Shown one piece after another: positions 42,087 through 54,689 of a stretch of DNA of 64,000 nt (position 1 is the stretch's first letter; each line of letters begins with the position of its first letter). This DNA is from the human T2T-CHM13v2.0 reference genome, Homo sapiens. The position numbers and the translations under genes were made by a program. Location: the NCBI RefSeq assembly GCF_009914755.1, contig NC_060928.1, one strand, 5' to 3'. The notes under the pieces are model-generated. The model searched no databases, had not been told where the DNA came from, and saw nothing but the letters and a program-made list of their open reading frames with translations.

Positions 42087-43514
42087 TCAGAGGTGACAGC
42101 GTGCTGGCAGTCCTCACAGCCCCTCGCTCGCTCTGGGCACCTCCTCTGCCCGGGCTCCCACTTTGGCGGCATTTGAGGAGCCCTTCAGCCCACCACTGCA
42201 CTGTGGGAGCCCCTTTCTGGGCTGGCCAAGGCTGGAGCCCACTCCCTCAGCTTGCAGGGAGGTGTGGAGGGAGAGGCGCGAGCAGGAACTGGGGCTGCAC
42301 GCAGCGCTTGCGGGCCAGCTGGAGTTCCGGGTGGGCATGGGCTTGGCGGCCCCACACTTGGAGCAGCCGGCCGGCCCTGCCGGCCCCGGGCAATGAGGGG
42401 CTTAGCACCCGGGCCAGCGGCTGCGGAGGGTGTACTGGGTCCCCCAGCAGTGCCAGCCAACCGGCGCTGCGCTCGATTTCTCACCGGGCCTTAGTTGCCT
42501 TCCCGCAGGGCAGGGCTCGGGACCTGCAGCCCGCCATGCCTGAGCCTCCCACCCCCTCCGTGGGCTCCTGTGCAGCCCGGGCCTCCCGGATGAGCGCCAC
42601 CCCCTGCTCCACGGTGCCCAGTCCCATCGACCACCCAAGGGCTGAGGAGTGCGGGCCCATGGCACAGGACTGGCAGGCAGCTCCACCTGCAGCCCCTGTG
42701 CGGGATCCACTGGGGGAAGCCAGCTGGGCTCCTGAGTTTGGTGGGGACGTGGAGAATCTTTATGTCTAGCTCCGGGATTGTAAATACACCAATGGGCACT
42801 CTGTATCTAGCTCAAGGTTTGTAAACATACCAATCAGCAGCCTGTGACTAGCTCAGGGTTTGTGAATGCACCAATCCACACTCTGTATCTAGCTACTCTG
42901 GTGGTGCTTTGGAAAACCTTTGTGTGGATACTCTATCTAACTAATCTGGTGGGGAGGTGGAGAACCTTTGTGTCTAGCTCAGGGATTGTAAACGCACCAA
43001 TCAGTGCCCTGTCAAAACAGACCACTGGGCTCTACCAATCAGCAGGATGTGGGTGGGGCCCGATAAGAGAATAAAAGCAGGCTGCCCCAGCCAGCAGTGG
43101 CAACACGCCCGGGTCTCCTTCCACACTGTGGAAGCTTTGTTCTTTCGCTCTGTGCAATAAATCTTGCTACCGCTCACTCTTTGGGTCCATGCTGCTTTTA
43201 TGAGCTGTAACACTCACCGTGAAGGTCTGCAGCTTCACTCCTGAAGCCAGTGAGACCACGAGCCCGCCGGGAGGAACGAACAACTCCAGACATGCTGCCT
43301 TAAGAGCTGTAACACTCACTGCGAAGGTCTGCAGCTTCACTCCCGAACCAGCGAGACCACGAACCCACCAGAAGGAAAAAATTCTGAACACATCCGACCA
43401 TCAGAAGGGACAAACGCCAGACGCGCCACCTTAAGAGCTGTAACACTCACCACGAGGGTCCGCGGCTTCGTTCTTGAAGTCAGTGAGACGAAGAACCCAC
43501 CAATTCCGGACACA
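42087..43514 (+). mobile_element. LTR12C (ERV9) solo LTR
   Basis: (tc)agaggtgacagcgtgctggcagtcc, GC/CpG-rich U3, tandem ctagct...tgtaaa...accaat units, agaataaaagcagg, U5 repeats, ends ccggacaca; 4-bp TSD atat. Confidence 0.95.
42770..43110 (+). promoter_or_regulatory. LTR12C CCAAT (NF-Y) array and TATA-like promoter
   Basis: Five accaat boxes, GGGTGGGG GC-box and an AATAAAA TATA-like element near 43069; known ERV9 promoter architecture. Confidence 0.7.
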
Positions 43515-43771
43515 ATATTGAACATCTGTTACATTTCAGTTTTAAAAAAGTTTTTGAAGTTTAGGAATTGTTATCACATCAGTTTTCTGTGTAAATGGTT
43601 TTGATTGGAATTAAATTTAAAATAAATTATTGTGCTTTTTTGCGGTAGTTCCTCTAACATGGGTAAATACGACCAAGGCAAGTATATTCTACTGTGGTTG
43701 AAGTAATGCTGAAGCTGCAGTTTAAAAACAGTGTGAAAAATGAGAACAATTATTGCATGTGGCCGAGGTAT

Positions 43772-44261
43772 TGAAGGAGTTAAACCTGTACCACTCTGGC
43801 ATTATTGACAATTTTGAATTAAAGGTACTTAAAAAAACAGCAGGTGCAAGAAGATCATTGTGACCTCTTTTCTACTTCTTAAAAGCGGAAGATGAAATTC
43901 CTATGTGAAAGACACTTTCCCTGTACCAAAAGGAATAACATTCTTATTTTCATGGATGAAAAATTGAGACCCAAATAATTCTGTACAGACTTTGTTAAAA
44001 TAACTCCTCTCTTTTAAGCCTCCCCACATAATTTAGTTGCTTCTTCACAACTCACTGTTGTTTATCCAACTCGGTATTGAAGTAACTGACTCCAACTGCT
44101 TCATTGGGTTTTCATTTCCTTATGAAGGCTCTCGTGCCACATAAAACTTGTATTGAGTAACTTTGTCTGCTTTTCTCCTATTAATCTCTTTTATGTCAGT
44201 TAAATTCTTGGGCCCAGCCAGGACCCTAAGAGGATGGAGATGGAATTTTGTCCCTGGTATC
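43772..44261 (+). mobile_element. ERV1 solo LTR (MER34-like)
   Basis: tgaaggag...tttccttatgaaggctctcgtgccacataaaacttgtatt...gcttttctcctattaatct...gggcccagccaggaccctaagagg; gtat in both flanks. Confidence 0.7.
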
Positions 44262-45224
44262 GTATTGAAGAACTTACACTTTTTTACTGCAGTGTCTTGT
44301 CCTCTGCTCTTCCTGAGGATGGTTCATATTTGAAGAAACGGACACAATTCTTCTAAACAGAGAGAAAATATTCAATGAGGAGTTGGATGGGCCCATCAAT
44401 TCTTTTGTCTTCTGTGAAAATTACATACTGCTGCATTTTATTGTTCCTGTGGTGGCCAAGGACATTAGCTTTACTGTCAACAACATTTTGTCTCCTAGTG
44501 GCTGTTGGTCATGTCTCTCAGCTTTTCCTCCCTCAACGATGTCACTAGACTTGTCAATTACAATTATTGCTTCCGGCATTTCTTCACTGATTAGGTTTCA
44601 TAAACTCTCCTTACATAGTTCACCCAAATTCATGTGACCTCTTGCTAATCTCTTAGATTTTCTGTCTACTAAGGGTTGACTAGGGACAGAGAAATGAGCT
44701 CTAAGGTCCTTTCTCTCATAACCCTATTAGTTCTCCAGTCACCTGCAAAACGATGAAGAAAATTGACATTTTTTTGAATCTAATGTAAAAGTGCAGGAAA
44801 GCATCTCTGGACATTTTGTCTTTTTTTTTTTTTTAAATCTGTGACATATAAACAACATAAAAGCAGTACACTTGCTTCTAAACTGTAACTTAAAAAAATC
44901 CTCTAGTCCCTTCCCCAGCAAGCCTGCTGCTCCTAGGCCCTGCTATGTGGAAGTTCTGTGGCTCTGGCGAAGCTCCCAGGTAGCCTTTGGGACATAAACA
45001 AGGGGACTCAGAACCAGAAGATGTTAGGGTTCCTTTCAGAAGCTACCAGATGTCCTCTGAGACTACCAGATAGGAAAGAGACTTGAAGGGAAGGTAGGGT
45101 TGTGTGTTAAGCAGATATAAACAGGGCATACGCCAGTGGAATTTTAATTACGACTGCTAATAATAGTAATTATTATGTAGAATTTTTAAAATTTATTTTA
45201 TTTTATTTTTCCATAATTTATTGG

Positions 45225-45225
<1 letters not shown>

Positions 45226-45263
<38 letters not shown>
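45226..45263. repeat. (TA)n microsatellite in the L1 3' UTR
   Basis: Directly visible in the sequence. Confidence 0.9.
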
Positions 45264-45266
<3 letters not shown>

Positions 45267-46190
45267 CCAGTTTCTTTATTCACTCATTGATTAATGGGCA
45301 TTTGGGCTGGTTCCATGGTTTTGCAATTGTGAATTGTGCTGCTATAAACATGCGTATGCAAGTATCTTTTTCAAATAATGACTTCTTTTCCTCTGGGTAG
45401 ATACCCAGTAGTGGGATTGCTGGATCAAAGGGTAGTTCTATTAATAGTTCTTTAAGAATCTCCACACCATTTTCCATAGTGGCTGCACTACTTTCCATTC
45501 CCACCAGCAGTGTAGAAGTGTTCCCTGTTCCCTGCATCCACGCTAACATCTACTGTTTTTTGATTATGGCCATTCTTGCAGGAGTAAGGTGGTATTGCAC
45601 TGTGGTTTTGATTTACATTTCCCTAATCATTAGTGATGTTGAGCATTTTCTCATATGTTTATTAGTCATTTGTATATCTTCGTTTGAGAATTGTCTATTC
45701 ATGTACTTAGCCCTCTTTTTGATGTGATTGGTTTTTTTCTTACTGATTTGTTTGAGTTAATTGCAGATTCTGGATATTAGTCCTTTCTCAGATGTGTAGA
45801 TTGTGAAGATTTTCTCCCACTCTGTGGGTTGTCTGTTTATTCTGCTGACTGTTCCTTTTGCCATGCAAAAGCTCTTTAGTTTAGTTAGGTCCCAGCTATT
45901 TATCTTTTGTTTATATTGCATTTGCTTTTGGGTTCTTGGTCATGAAATCCTTGCCCATGCCAATGTCTAGAAGGGATTTTCCAATGTTATCTTCTAGAAT
46001 TTTTATAGTTTCAAGTCTTAGGTTTAAGTCTTTACTCCATCTTGAGTTGATTTTTGTATAAGGTGAGAGATGAGGATCCAATTTCATTCTCCTACATGTG
46101 GCTAGCCAAATACCCCAGCACCATTTGTTAGAAAGGGTGTCCTTTCCCTACTTTATGTTTTTGTTTGCTTTCTTGAAGATCAGTTGGCTG

Positions 46191-47424
46191 TGAGAGGTGA
46201 CAACGTGCTAGCAGCCCTTGCTCACTCTCGGTGCCTCCTCGGTCTCAGCATCTGCTCTGGCCACGCTTCAGGAGCCCTTCAGCTTGCTGCTGGGCTGTGG
46301 GGGCCCCTTTCTGGGGCCAGCGGAGGCCAGAGCTGGCTCTCTCTGCTTGCAGGGAGGTGTGGAGGGAGAGGCGTGGGCAGGAGCCAGGGCTGCGCGCAGT
46401 GCTCACGGGCCAGCATGGGTTCTGGGTGGGCGCGGGCTCCCAGGGGCCCGCACTGGGCATGGCAGGCTGGCCGCCTGCTGGGCTTGATGGGGGACAAGCT
46501 CCCTCTGGGCTGTTGGAGAGTGCCCAGGCTAGGTGCCACAAAGTCCTGCCGCGAATGCCATTGAGAGGTGAAGCTGGCTGGGCTTCTGGGTCGGGTGGGG
46601 ACCTGGAGAACTTTTCTAACTAAAGGTTTGTAAATGCACCAATAAGCACTCTATGTCTAGCTAAAGGTTTGTAAATGCACCAATCAGTGCTCTGTGTCTA
46701 GCTAATCAGGTAGGGGACTTGGAGAACTTTTGTGTCTAGCTAAAGGATTGTAAATGCACCAATCAGCACTCGGTGTCTAGCTAAAGGTTTGTAAACACAC
46801 CAATCAGCTCTCTGTAAAATGGACCAATCAGCAGGATGTGGGTGGGGCCAGATATGGGAATAAAAGCAGGCCACCTGAGCCAGCAGCGGCAACCTGCTCG
46901 GGTCACCTTCCACGCCCGTGGAACGTTTGTTGTTTCACTCTTCGCAATAAATTTTGTTGCTGCTCACTGTTTGGGTCTGCGTCACCTTTATGAGCTGTTA
47001 CACTCACAACAAAGGTCTGCAGCTTCACTCCTGAAGCCAGCGAGACCATGAACCCACTGGGAGGGACGAACAACTCCGGACAGGTGGAGCAAACCACTCC
47101 GGACATGCCACCTTTATGAACTGTAACACTCACTGTGAAAGTCTGCAGCTTCAGTCCTGAGGCCAGCGAGACCATGAACCCACTGGAAGGAATGAACAAT
47201 CCAGACGTGCCGCCTTTAAGAGCTGTAACACTCACCGTGAAGGTCTGCAGCTTCACTCCTGAAGTCAGTGCGACCACGGACCCACCAGAAGGAAGAAACT
47301 CTGGACACATCTGAACATCTGAAGGAACAACACATCATCTTTAAGAACTGTAACACTCACCGCGATGGTCCATGGCTTCATTCTTGAAGTCAGCGAGACC
47401 AAGAACCCACCAATTCCGGACACA
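46191..47424 (+). mobile_element. LTR12-family (ERV9) solo LTR, not LTR12C, inserted antisense to L1 ORF2
   Basis: tgagaggtgacaacgtgctagcagccc...; five accaat boxes in ctagctaaagg repeats; ggaataaaagcagg; ends ccggacaca. Confidence 0.92.
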
Positions 47425-47871
47425 TAAGTATTTGGGTTTATTTCTGTGTTCTCTATTCTGTTACATTGGTCTATGTGCCTATTTTTATGCCAGTACCGTG
47501 CTGTTTTGGTGACTGTGGCCTTATAGTATAGTTTAAAATCAGGTAGTGTGATGCCTCCAGATTTGTTCTTTTGCTTAATCTTGCTTTGGCTATGCAGGCT
47601 CTTTTTTGGTTCCCTATGAATTTTAGAATTGTTTTTTCTAATTCTGTGAGGAATGATGGTGGTATTTTGATGGGGTTTGCATTGAATTTGTAGATTCCTT
47701 ATGGCAGTATGATCATTTTCACAATATTGATTCTACCCATCCATAAGCATGGGATGTGTTTCCATTTGTTTGTGTCATCTATTATTTCTTTCAGTAGTGT
47801 TTTGTAGTTTTCCTTGTAGAGGTCTTTCAACTCCTTGGTTAGGTGTATTCCTAAGTATTTTATTTATTTAT

Positions 47872-48330
47872 TTATTTTGCAGCTATTGTGAAAGGGGTTG
47901 AGTTCTTGATTTGATTCACTGCTTGGTCGCTGTTGGTGTATAGAAGAACTACCGATTTGTGTACATTAATCTTGTACCTGGAAACTTTGCTGAATTCTTT
48001 TATCAGTTCTAGGAGCTTTCTGGAGGAGTCCTTAGGGTTTTCAAGGTAAGCAATCACATCATCATCAAACAGTGACAGTCTGATTTTCTCTTTACTGATT
48101 TGGATGCCCTTTATTTCTTTCTCTTGTCTGATTGCTCTGGCTAGGACTTCCAGTACTATGTTGAAGAGGAGTGGTGAGAGTGGGCATCCTTGTCTTGTCC
48201 CAGTTCTCAGAGGGAATGTTCTCAACTTTTCCCCATTTAGTATTACGTTGGCTGTGGGTTTGTTATAGATGGCTTTTATTACATTAAGGTATGTGCCTAG
48301 TATGCCGATTTTGCTGAGAGTTTTAATCAT
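47872..48330 (-). pseudogene. L1 ORF2 reverse-transcriptase fragment
   Basis: [21 protein letters not shown]...LSLFDDD (catalytic FADD motif altered); the frame is broken on both sides. Confidence 0.92.
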
Positions 48331-49526
48331 AAAGGGATGCTGGATTTTTCAAATGCTTTTTCTGCATCAATTGAGATTATCATGTGATTTTTGTCTTTAA
48401 TTCTGTTTATGTGGTGTATCACATTCACTGACTTGAGCATGTTAAACCATCCCTGCTCCCTGGTATGAAACCAACTTAATCATCATGGTGGATTATCTTT
48501 TTGATATGCTGTTGGATTCGGGTAACTAGTATTTTCTTAAAAATTTTAGCATTTGTGTTCATCAAGGATATTGGTCTATAGTTTTCTTTTTTGTTTGTGT
48601 CCTTTCCTGATTTCGATATTAGGCTGATGCTGGCTTCATGGAATGAGTTAGGGAGGATTCCTTGTTTCTCTATTTTGTGGAATAGTGTCAAAAGGATTGG
48701 TACCAATTCTTCTTTGAATGTCTGGTTGAATTCTGCTGTGAATCCATCTTGTTCTGGAGTTTCTTTGTTGTTGTTGGTAATTTTTAAATTACCATTTCAA
48801 TCTTGCTGCTTGTTATTGTTCTGTTCTGTATCTAATTTTTCCTGATTTAAGCTCGAAGGGTTGTATTTTTCCAGGAATTTATCAATCTCTTCTAGGTTTT
48901 CTAGTTTATGTGTGTAAAGGTGTTCATAGTAGCCTTGAATGATCTATTGTATTTCAGTGGTGTCAGTTGTAATATCTCCTGTTTTGTTTCTTAGTGAGGT
49001 TATTTGGATTTTCTCTCTTCTTTTTTGGTTAATCTTGCTAATGGTCTATCAATTTTATTTATCTTTGCAAAGAACTAGCTTTTTGTTTCATTTATCTTTT
49101 GTATTTTTTGTTTCAATTTCATTTGGTTCTGCTCTGATCTTGGTTATTTCCTTTCTTCTGCTGGGTTTGGGTTTGGTTTGTTCTTGTTTCTCTAGTTCCT
49201 TGAGCTATGACCTTAGATTGTCTGTTTGTGCTCTTTCAGACTTTTTGAAGTAGGCGTTTAGGGCTATGAACCTCCTGTTGGCATCTTAGAACTGCCTTTG
49301 CTGTATCCCAGAGGTTTTGATAGGTTGTGTGTCATTATTGTCATTCAGTTCAAAGAATTTTTAACTTTCCATCTTGATTTCATTTTTTACCCAATGCTCA
49401 TTCATGAGCAAGTTATTTAATTTCCATGTATTTGCATGGTTTTCAAGGTTCCTTTTAGAGTTGATTTCCAGTTTTATTCCACTGTGGTATGAGAGAGTGC
49501 TTGATATAATTTCAATTTTCTTTAAT

Positions 49527-50066
49527 TTATTGAGGCTCATTATATGGTCTGTCTTGGAGAGAGTTCCATGTGCTGTTGAATAGAATGCATATTCTGTGGT
49601 TGTTGGATAAAATGTTCTGTATATATCTATTAAGTCCATTTGTTCCAAGGTTTAAATCCATGGTTTCTTTGTTGACTTTCTGTCTTGATGACCTGTCTAG
49701 TGCTGTCACTGGAGTATTGAAGTCCCCCAATATTATTGTGTTGCTCTCTATCTCATTTCTTACGTCTATTAGTAATTGTTTTATAAATTTGGGAGCTCCA
49801 GTATTAGGTGCATATATGTTTAGGATTGTGATATTTTCCTGTTGGACAAGACCTTTTACCATTATATAATGTCCCTCTTTCTGTCTTTTAACCGATGTTG
49901 CTTTAAAGTTTGTTTTGTCTGATATAAGAATAGCTAACCCTGCTCTCTTTTGGTGTTCATTTGCATAAAATGTATTTCTCCACTCCTTTACTTTAAGTTT
50001 ATGTGAGTCCTTATGTGTTAGGTGAGTCTTCTTAAGGCAGCAGATGGTTGGTGAGTTCTTATCCAT
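49527..50066 (-). pseudogene. L1 ORF2 endonuclease fragment
   Basis: AILISDK, NIYAPNTGAP and GDFNTP motifs; frameshifted downstream. Confidence 0.92.
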
Positions 50067-50242
50067 TCTGCAGTTCTGTATCTTTTAAGTGGAGCCTTTT
50101 GGCCATTTACATTCAATGTTAGTATTGAAATGTGAGGTAACGTTGCATTCATTGTGCTCTTTGTTGCTTGTGTACTTTGGGTTTTTTTGTTTTTTGCTTT
50201 TGCTTTTCAGCTTTTATTTTTGTTTCATAGGTCCTGTGTGAT

Positions 50243-50584
50243 TTATGCTTTAAAGAGATTCTGTTTTGATGTGTTTCCAGGATTTGTTTCAAGATTTAGA
50301 GCTCCTTTTAGCAGTTCTTGTAGTGGTGACTTGGTAATGGCAAATTCTCTCAGCATTTGTTTGTCTGAAAATGACTGCATCTTTCCTTCATATATGATGC
50401 TTAGTTCTGCTGGATACGAAATTCTTGGCTGATAATTGTTTTGTTTGAGGAGGCTTAAGATAGGGCCCCAATCCCTTCTAGCATGTAGGGTTTCTGCTGA
50501 GAAATCTGCTGTTAATCTGATAGGTTTTCTTTTATAGGTTACCTGGTGCTGCTGTCTCACAGCTCTTAAGAATCTTTCCTTCAT
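50243..50584 (-). pseudogene. L1 ORF1p C-terminal fragment
   Basis: VTYKRKPIRLTADFSAETLHARRDWGPI...QPRISYPA...LQELLKGAL. Confidence 0.9.
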
Positions 50585-51089
50585 CTTAACTTTGAATAAC
50601 CTGATGAAAATGTGCCTAGGTGAAGATCTTTTTGTGATGAATTTCCCAGGTATCCTTTGTGCTTCTTGTATTTAGATGTCTAGGTCTCTAGCTAGGCTGG
50701 GGGAGTTTTCTTTGATTATTCCCCCAAATATGTTTTCCAAGCTTTTATAATTCTCTTCTTCCTCAGGAACACTGATTATGCTTAGGTTTGATCATTTAAC
50801 ATAATCCCAGACTTCTTGGAGGCTTTGTTCTTATTTTCTTATTCTTTTTTCTTTGTCTTTGTTGGATTGGGTTAATTCAAAGAGCATGTCTTTGAGCTCT
50901 GAATTTCTTTCTTCTACTTGTTCTGTTCTATGGCTGGGAATTTCCAGAGCATTTCACATTTGTAAAAGTGTGCCCAAAGTTTCCTGACTTTTTTTATTGT
51001 TTTTTCTTTAATTCTCTATTTCAGTGATTATTTCTCCTTTCACTTCTTGTATCTTTATTTTGGATTTTCTTGCATTGAGCTTTGCTTTT

Positions 51090-51399
51090 ATTTATTTATT
51101 TTTTATTGTTTTTTTTTGAGACAGAGTCTTGCTCTGTCACCCAGGCTGGAGGGCAGTGGCGAGATCTCAGCTCGCTGCAATCTCCACCTCCTGGGTTCAA
51201 GTGATTCTCCTGCTGCAGCCTCCTGAGTAGTTGGGGCTACAGGTGCCCACTACCACACCCAGCTAATTTTTGTATTTCTAGTAGAGACAGAGTTTCACCA
51301 TGTTGGCCAGGCTGGTCTCAAACTCCTGACCTCAGGTGATCTGCCTGCCTCAGCCTTCCAAAGTGCTGAGATTACAGGCATGAGCTACCATGCCGGGCC
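51090..51399 (-). mobile_element. Alu (AluSx-like) inserted in L1 ORF1
   Basis: Full Alu; TSD tg(a/g)gctttgc(t/c)ttt. Confidence 0.95.
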
Positions 51400-53127
51400 T
51401 GGGCTTTGCCTTTCTCTGGTCCCTCCCTGATTAGCTTAATAACTAACCTCTTGAATTCTTTTTCAGGTAAATCAGGGATTTCTTCTTGGTTTGGGTCTAT
51501 TGCTGGTGAACTAGTATGATTTTTGGGGGGTGTTGAAGAGCCTTCAGGGTTGGTTTTCTGGTTCCTTCTCATTTGGGTAGGCTCTGTCAGAGGGAAGGTC
51601 TAGGGCTGAAGGCTGTTGTTCAGGTTCTTTTGTTCCACGGGGTGTTCCTTTGATGTAGTGCTCTCCCCCTTTTCCTATGGATGTGGCTTCCTGTGAGCTG
51701 AACTGCAGTGATTGTTGTCTTTCTTCTGGGTCTAGCCACCTAGCGAGTCTACCAGGCTCTGAGCTGGTACTGGGGGTTGTCTGCACAGAGGAGTCCTATG
51801 ATGGGAACCGTCTATGGGGTCTCTCAGCTGTGGATATAGGCGCTTGTTCCAGTGGTGGTGGCAGAGGGGCCTAATAGACTCCGTGAGGGGTCTTAGCTTT
51901 GGTGGTTTAATGCTCCTGCCAGGAGGTGGCGCTTTCCGGAAAACATCAGCTGTAGTAGTGTGGAGGACTGGCAGGGCCCTAGAACTCCCAAGATTATATA
52001 CCCTTTGTCTTCAGCTACCATGGTGGGTAGAGAAGGACCATCAGATCGGGGCGGGGCTAGGCATGCCTGAGCTCAGACTCTCTTTGGGCAGGTCTTGCTT
52101 CAGCTGCTGTGGGGGATGGAGGTGAGAGTCCCAGGTCACTGGAGTTGTGTACCTAGGAGGATTAGGGTTGCCTCTGCTGAGTCATGCAGGTTATCAGGGA
52201 AGTGGGGAAAAGCCGGCAGTCATATGCCGCACCCAGCTCCCACGCAAACTGAAAGGCCGGTCTCACTCCCACTGTGCTCCCCCAACAGCTCAGAGTCTTT
52301 CCAAGAGGAGGGCAAGAGGGGCCTGAAAATTTACCCGAGGCTATCCGCCTCCCCGCTGCCAAAGAAAAGGGCTTTAGTTGTTCCCCCTCTGCCCCTGCAC
52401 CGTGAAGTCGGCCTGCTGGATTCACAACCTCTGTGGACTTCTGGCCAGGAGGCTTCTCGCCTCATTCAAATTGTTACAAAGTTGGGCTAGAGAATTCTTT
52501 CTCCCTGTGGAGCTTTACCCCCTGCACCTCTGGCCACACTCACGATGGTTCCCTGTGGTGCCAGGCAGGCATGGGCTGCTTGGGGACCCAGCAAGCTTCC
52601 AGGGCCTTTCTGCTGCTTCCTCTACCCCTGTAGTTCACTTGGCTCTCTAACTTGACTCAGCTCCAAGTCAAGTCGGAAACTTCTCCCGCAAACAGACCTT
52701 CAGCTTCTCCAGTGAGGGTGTGTGTTCGGGAGAGAAGGGTCTCCCTTTCCCACTTCCACAGTTGGGGCACTCACAGTATTTGGGGTGTCTCTGGGGTCCT
52801 GCAGGAGCAGTCCGCTTCCTTCATAGGGTCTGTGGGTCCTCTCGGGATTGCTGGTTTGTTCTTGCAGTTGATCTGGAGCTAAAATTCACAATGCAAGCCT
52901 CCCGATGCTGCTCTGTCTGGAGCTGCAATCTAGTCCTGCCTCCTGTCTGCCATGATCCCCTCCATCTCTGTTATTATGTAGAAAATTGAAGTGACACCTG
53001 CCACTGACATTCTGAGTTAACTGTCAGGTCATCTGAAATGGGAAGAAATTTATCTTTGATTCTGTGTGCACCACCCTAGGGAAGAATAATGCTAGAGTTG
53101 GATGTTTAAGGCCACAGAGTATTAGAG

Positions 53128-53613
<486 letters not shown>

Positions 53614-53961
53614 GATTACAGTGGAAATGAACACAAGAAGCTGCGCAGAGAATGGAGCAGGGCCCTAAATAGAATCAAAGGATCCAAGTCCCAATTCTTC
53701 ATGGAAGGGAGTAAACAGCAAGAGTTTCCTTACTGCAATGCCTTTAGAGCAGGAGTAGGGCCAAAGACAACTTTTGTTGCCATCATTGTATCCATTAATG
53801 CTGTGAAAAGATAAGCAAAGGAAGTTGGAAATGGAGTTCTCACAGGTTATGCTTAAACAAAGATGGAGAACTCACCACAGCTTTCTCCTATCTATAGCAT
53901 TTTTAGCCTGTGCTACTGAAAAATCTCTTTTGCATTTCGCACTTGCATTTTTTTAAATTGA

Positions 53962-54255
<294 letters not shown>

Positions 54256-54689
54256 TAAATTGAGTTTTAAAAAGTACTGTGAATATAAATGCACTTAGGT
54301 TAAGTTTCGGTTATCCTTAATAATTAATGGCAAGTTTACTGCAATCTGAAAATAGTAACTATGGTAAAATCAAGCCTCATGGAGACTGGAAACAGATCCA
54401 AGCAAGTCCAGGGAGCTCAGCAGCAGGAATTCTTGGACATCCCCTTTTCAGTGGCGTGGTGGAGGCAGCTGTAGCATTTCTTCTGAACTGAGCATTCAGT
54501 GACTTCACATTGGATGCTTTAATTTGGTCAGGCTGGAAGCATTTACTCCACAGAAATTATCAGTTGTCAATGCTGCAAATCAAAGATCTCTTCTCTACTT
54601 CAGCCCATTACTCATTTACTTTTACCAGGGCACTTTCACCTGATGAAATAGCTGAGAAAATTCTTTTTCTTACTCTTTCTTTAGTGCCT

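Larger units (their letters stand above)
45183..52970 (-). mobile_element. Full-length, inactivated L1PB-type LINE-1 (5' UTR at the right end)
   Basis: ORF2 EN/RT and ORF1 fragments in the ORF track; L1PB-like 3' end ttccataatttattggg; 13-bp TSD ttattatgtagaa at 45170-45182 and 52971-52983; interrupted by an LTR12 and an Alu. Confidence 0.92.

Noticed and set aside
42047-42769. 240-aa ORF and overlapping ORFs
   Set aside because: They lie in the GC-rich U3 of LTR12C, where stop codons are rare. The start codon is non-ATG and I see no protein-family motif.
43200-43500. Regularly spaced direct repeats (gagctgtaacactcac...), also at 46990-47400, which superficially resemble an array
   Set aside because: These are the standard U5 tandem repeats of LTR12 elements.
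42087-47424. The two LTR12s as the 5' and 3' LTRs of one ERV9 provirus
   Set aside because: They are different subfamilies, the first has its own TSD, and the spacer is MER34-like and L1 sequence rather than gag/pol.
47872-50584. L1 ORFs as an active retrotransposon or domesticated gene
   Set aside because: Multiple stops and frameshifts, an altered RT motif (FDDD), and LTR and Alu insertions.
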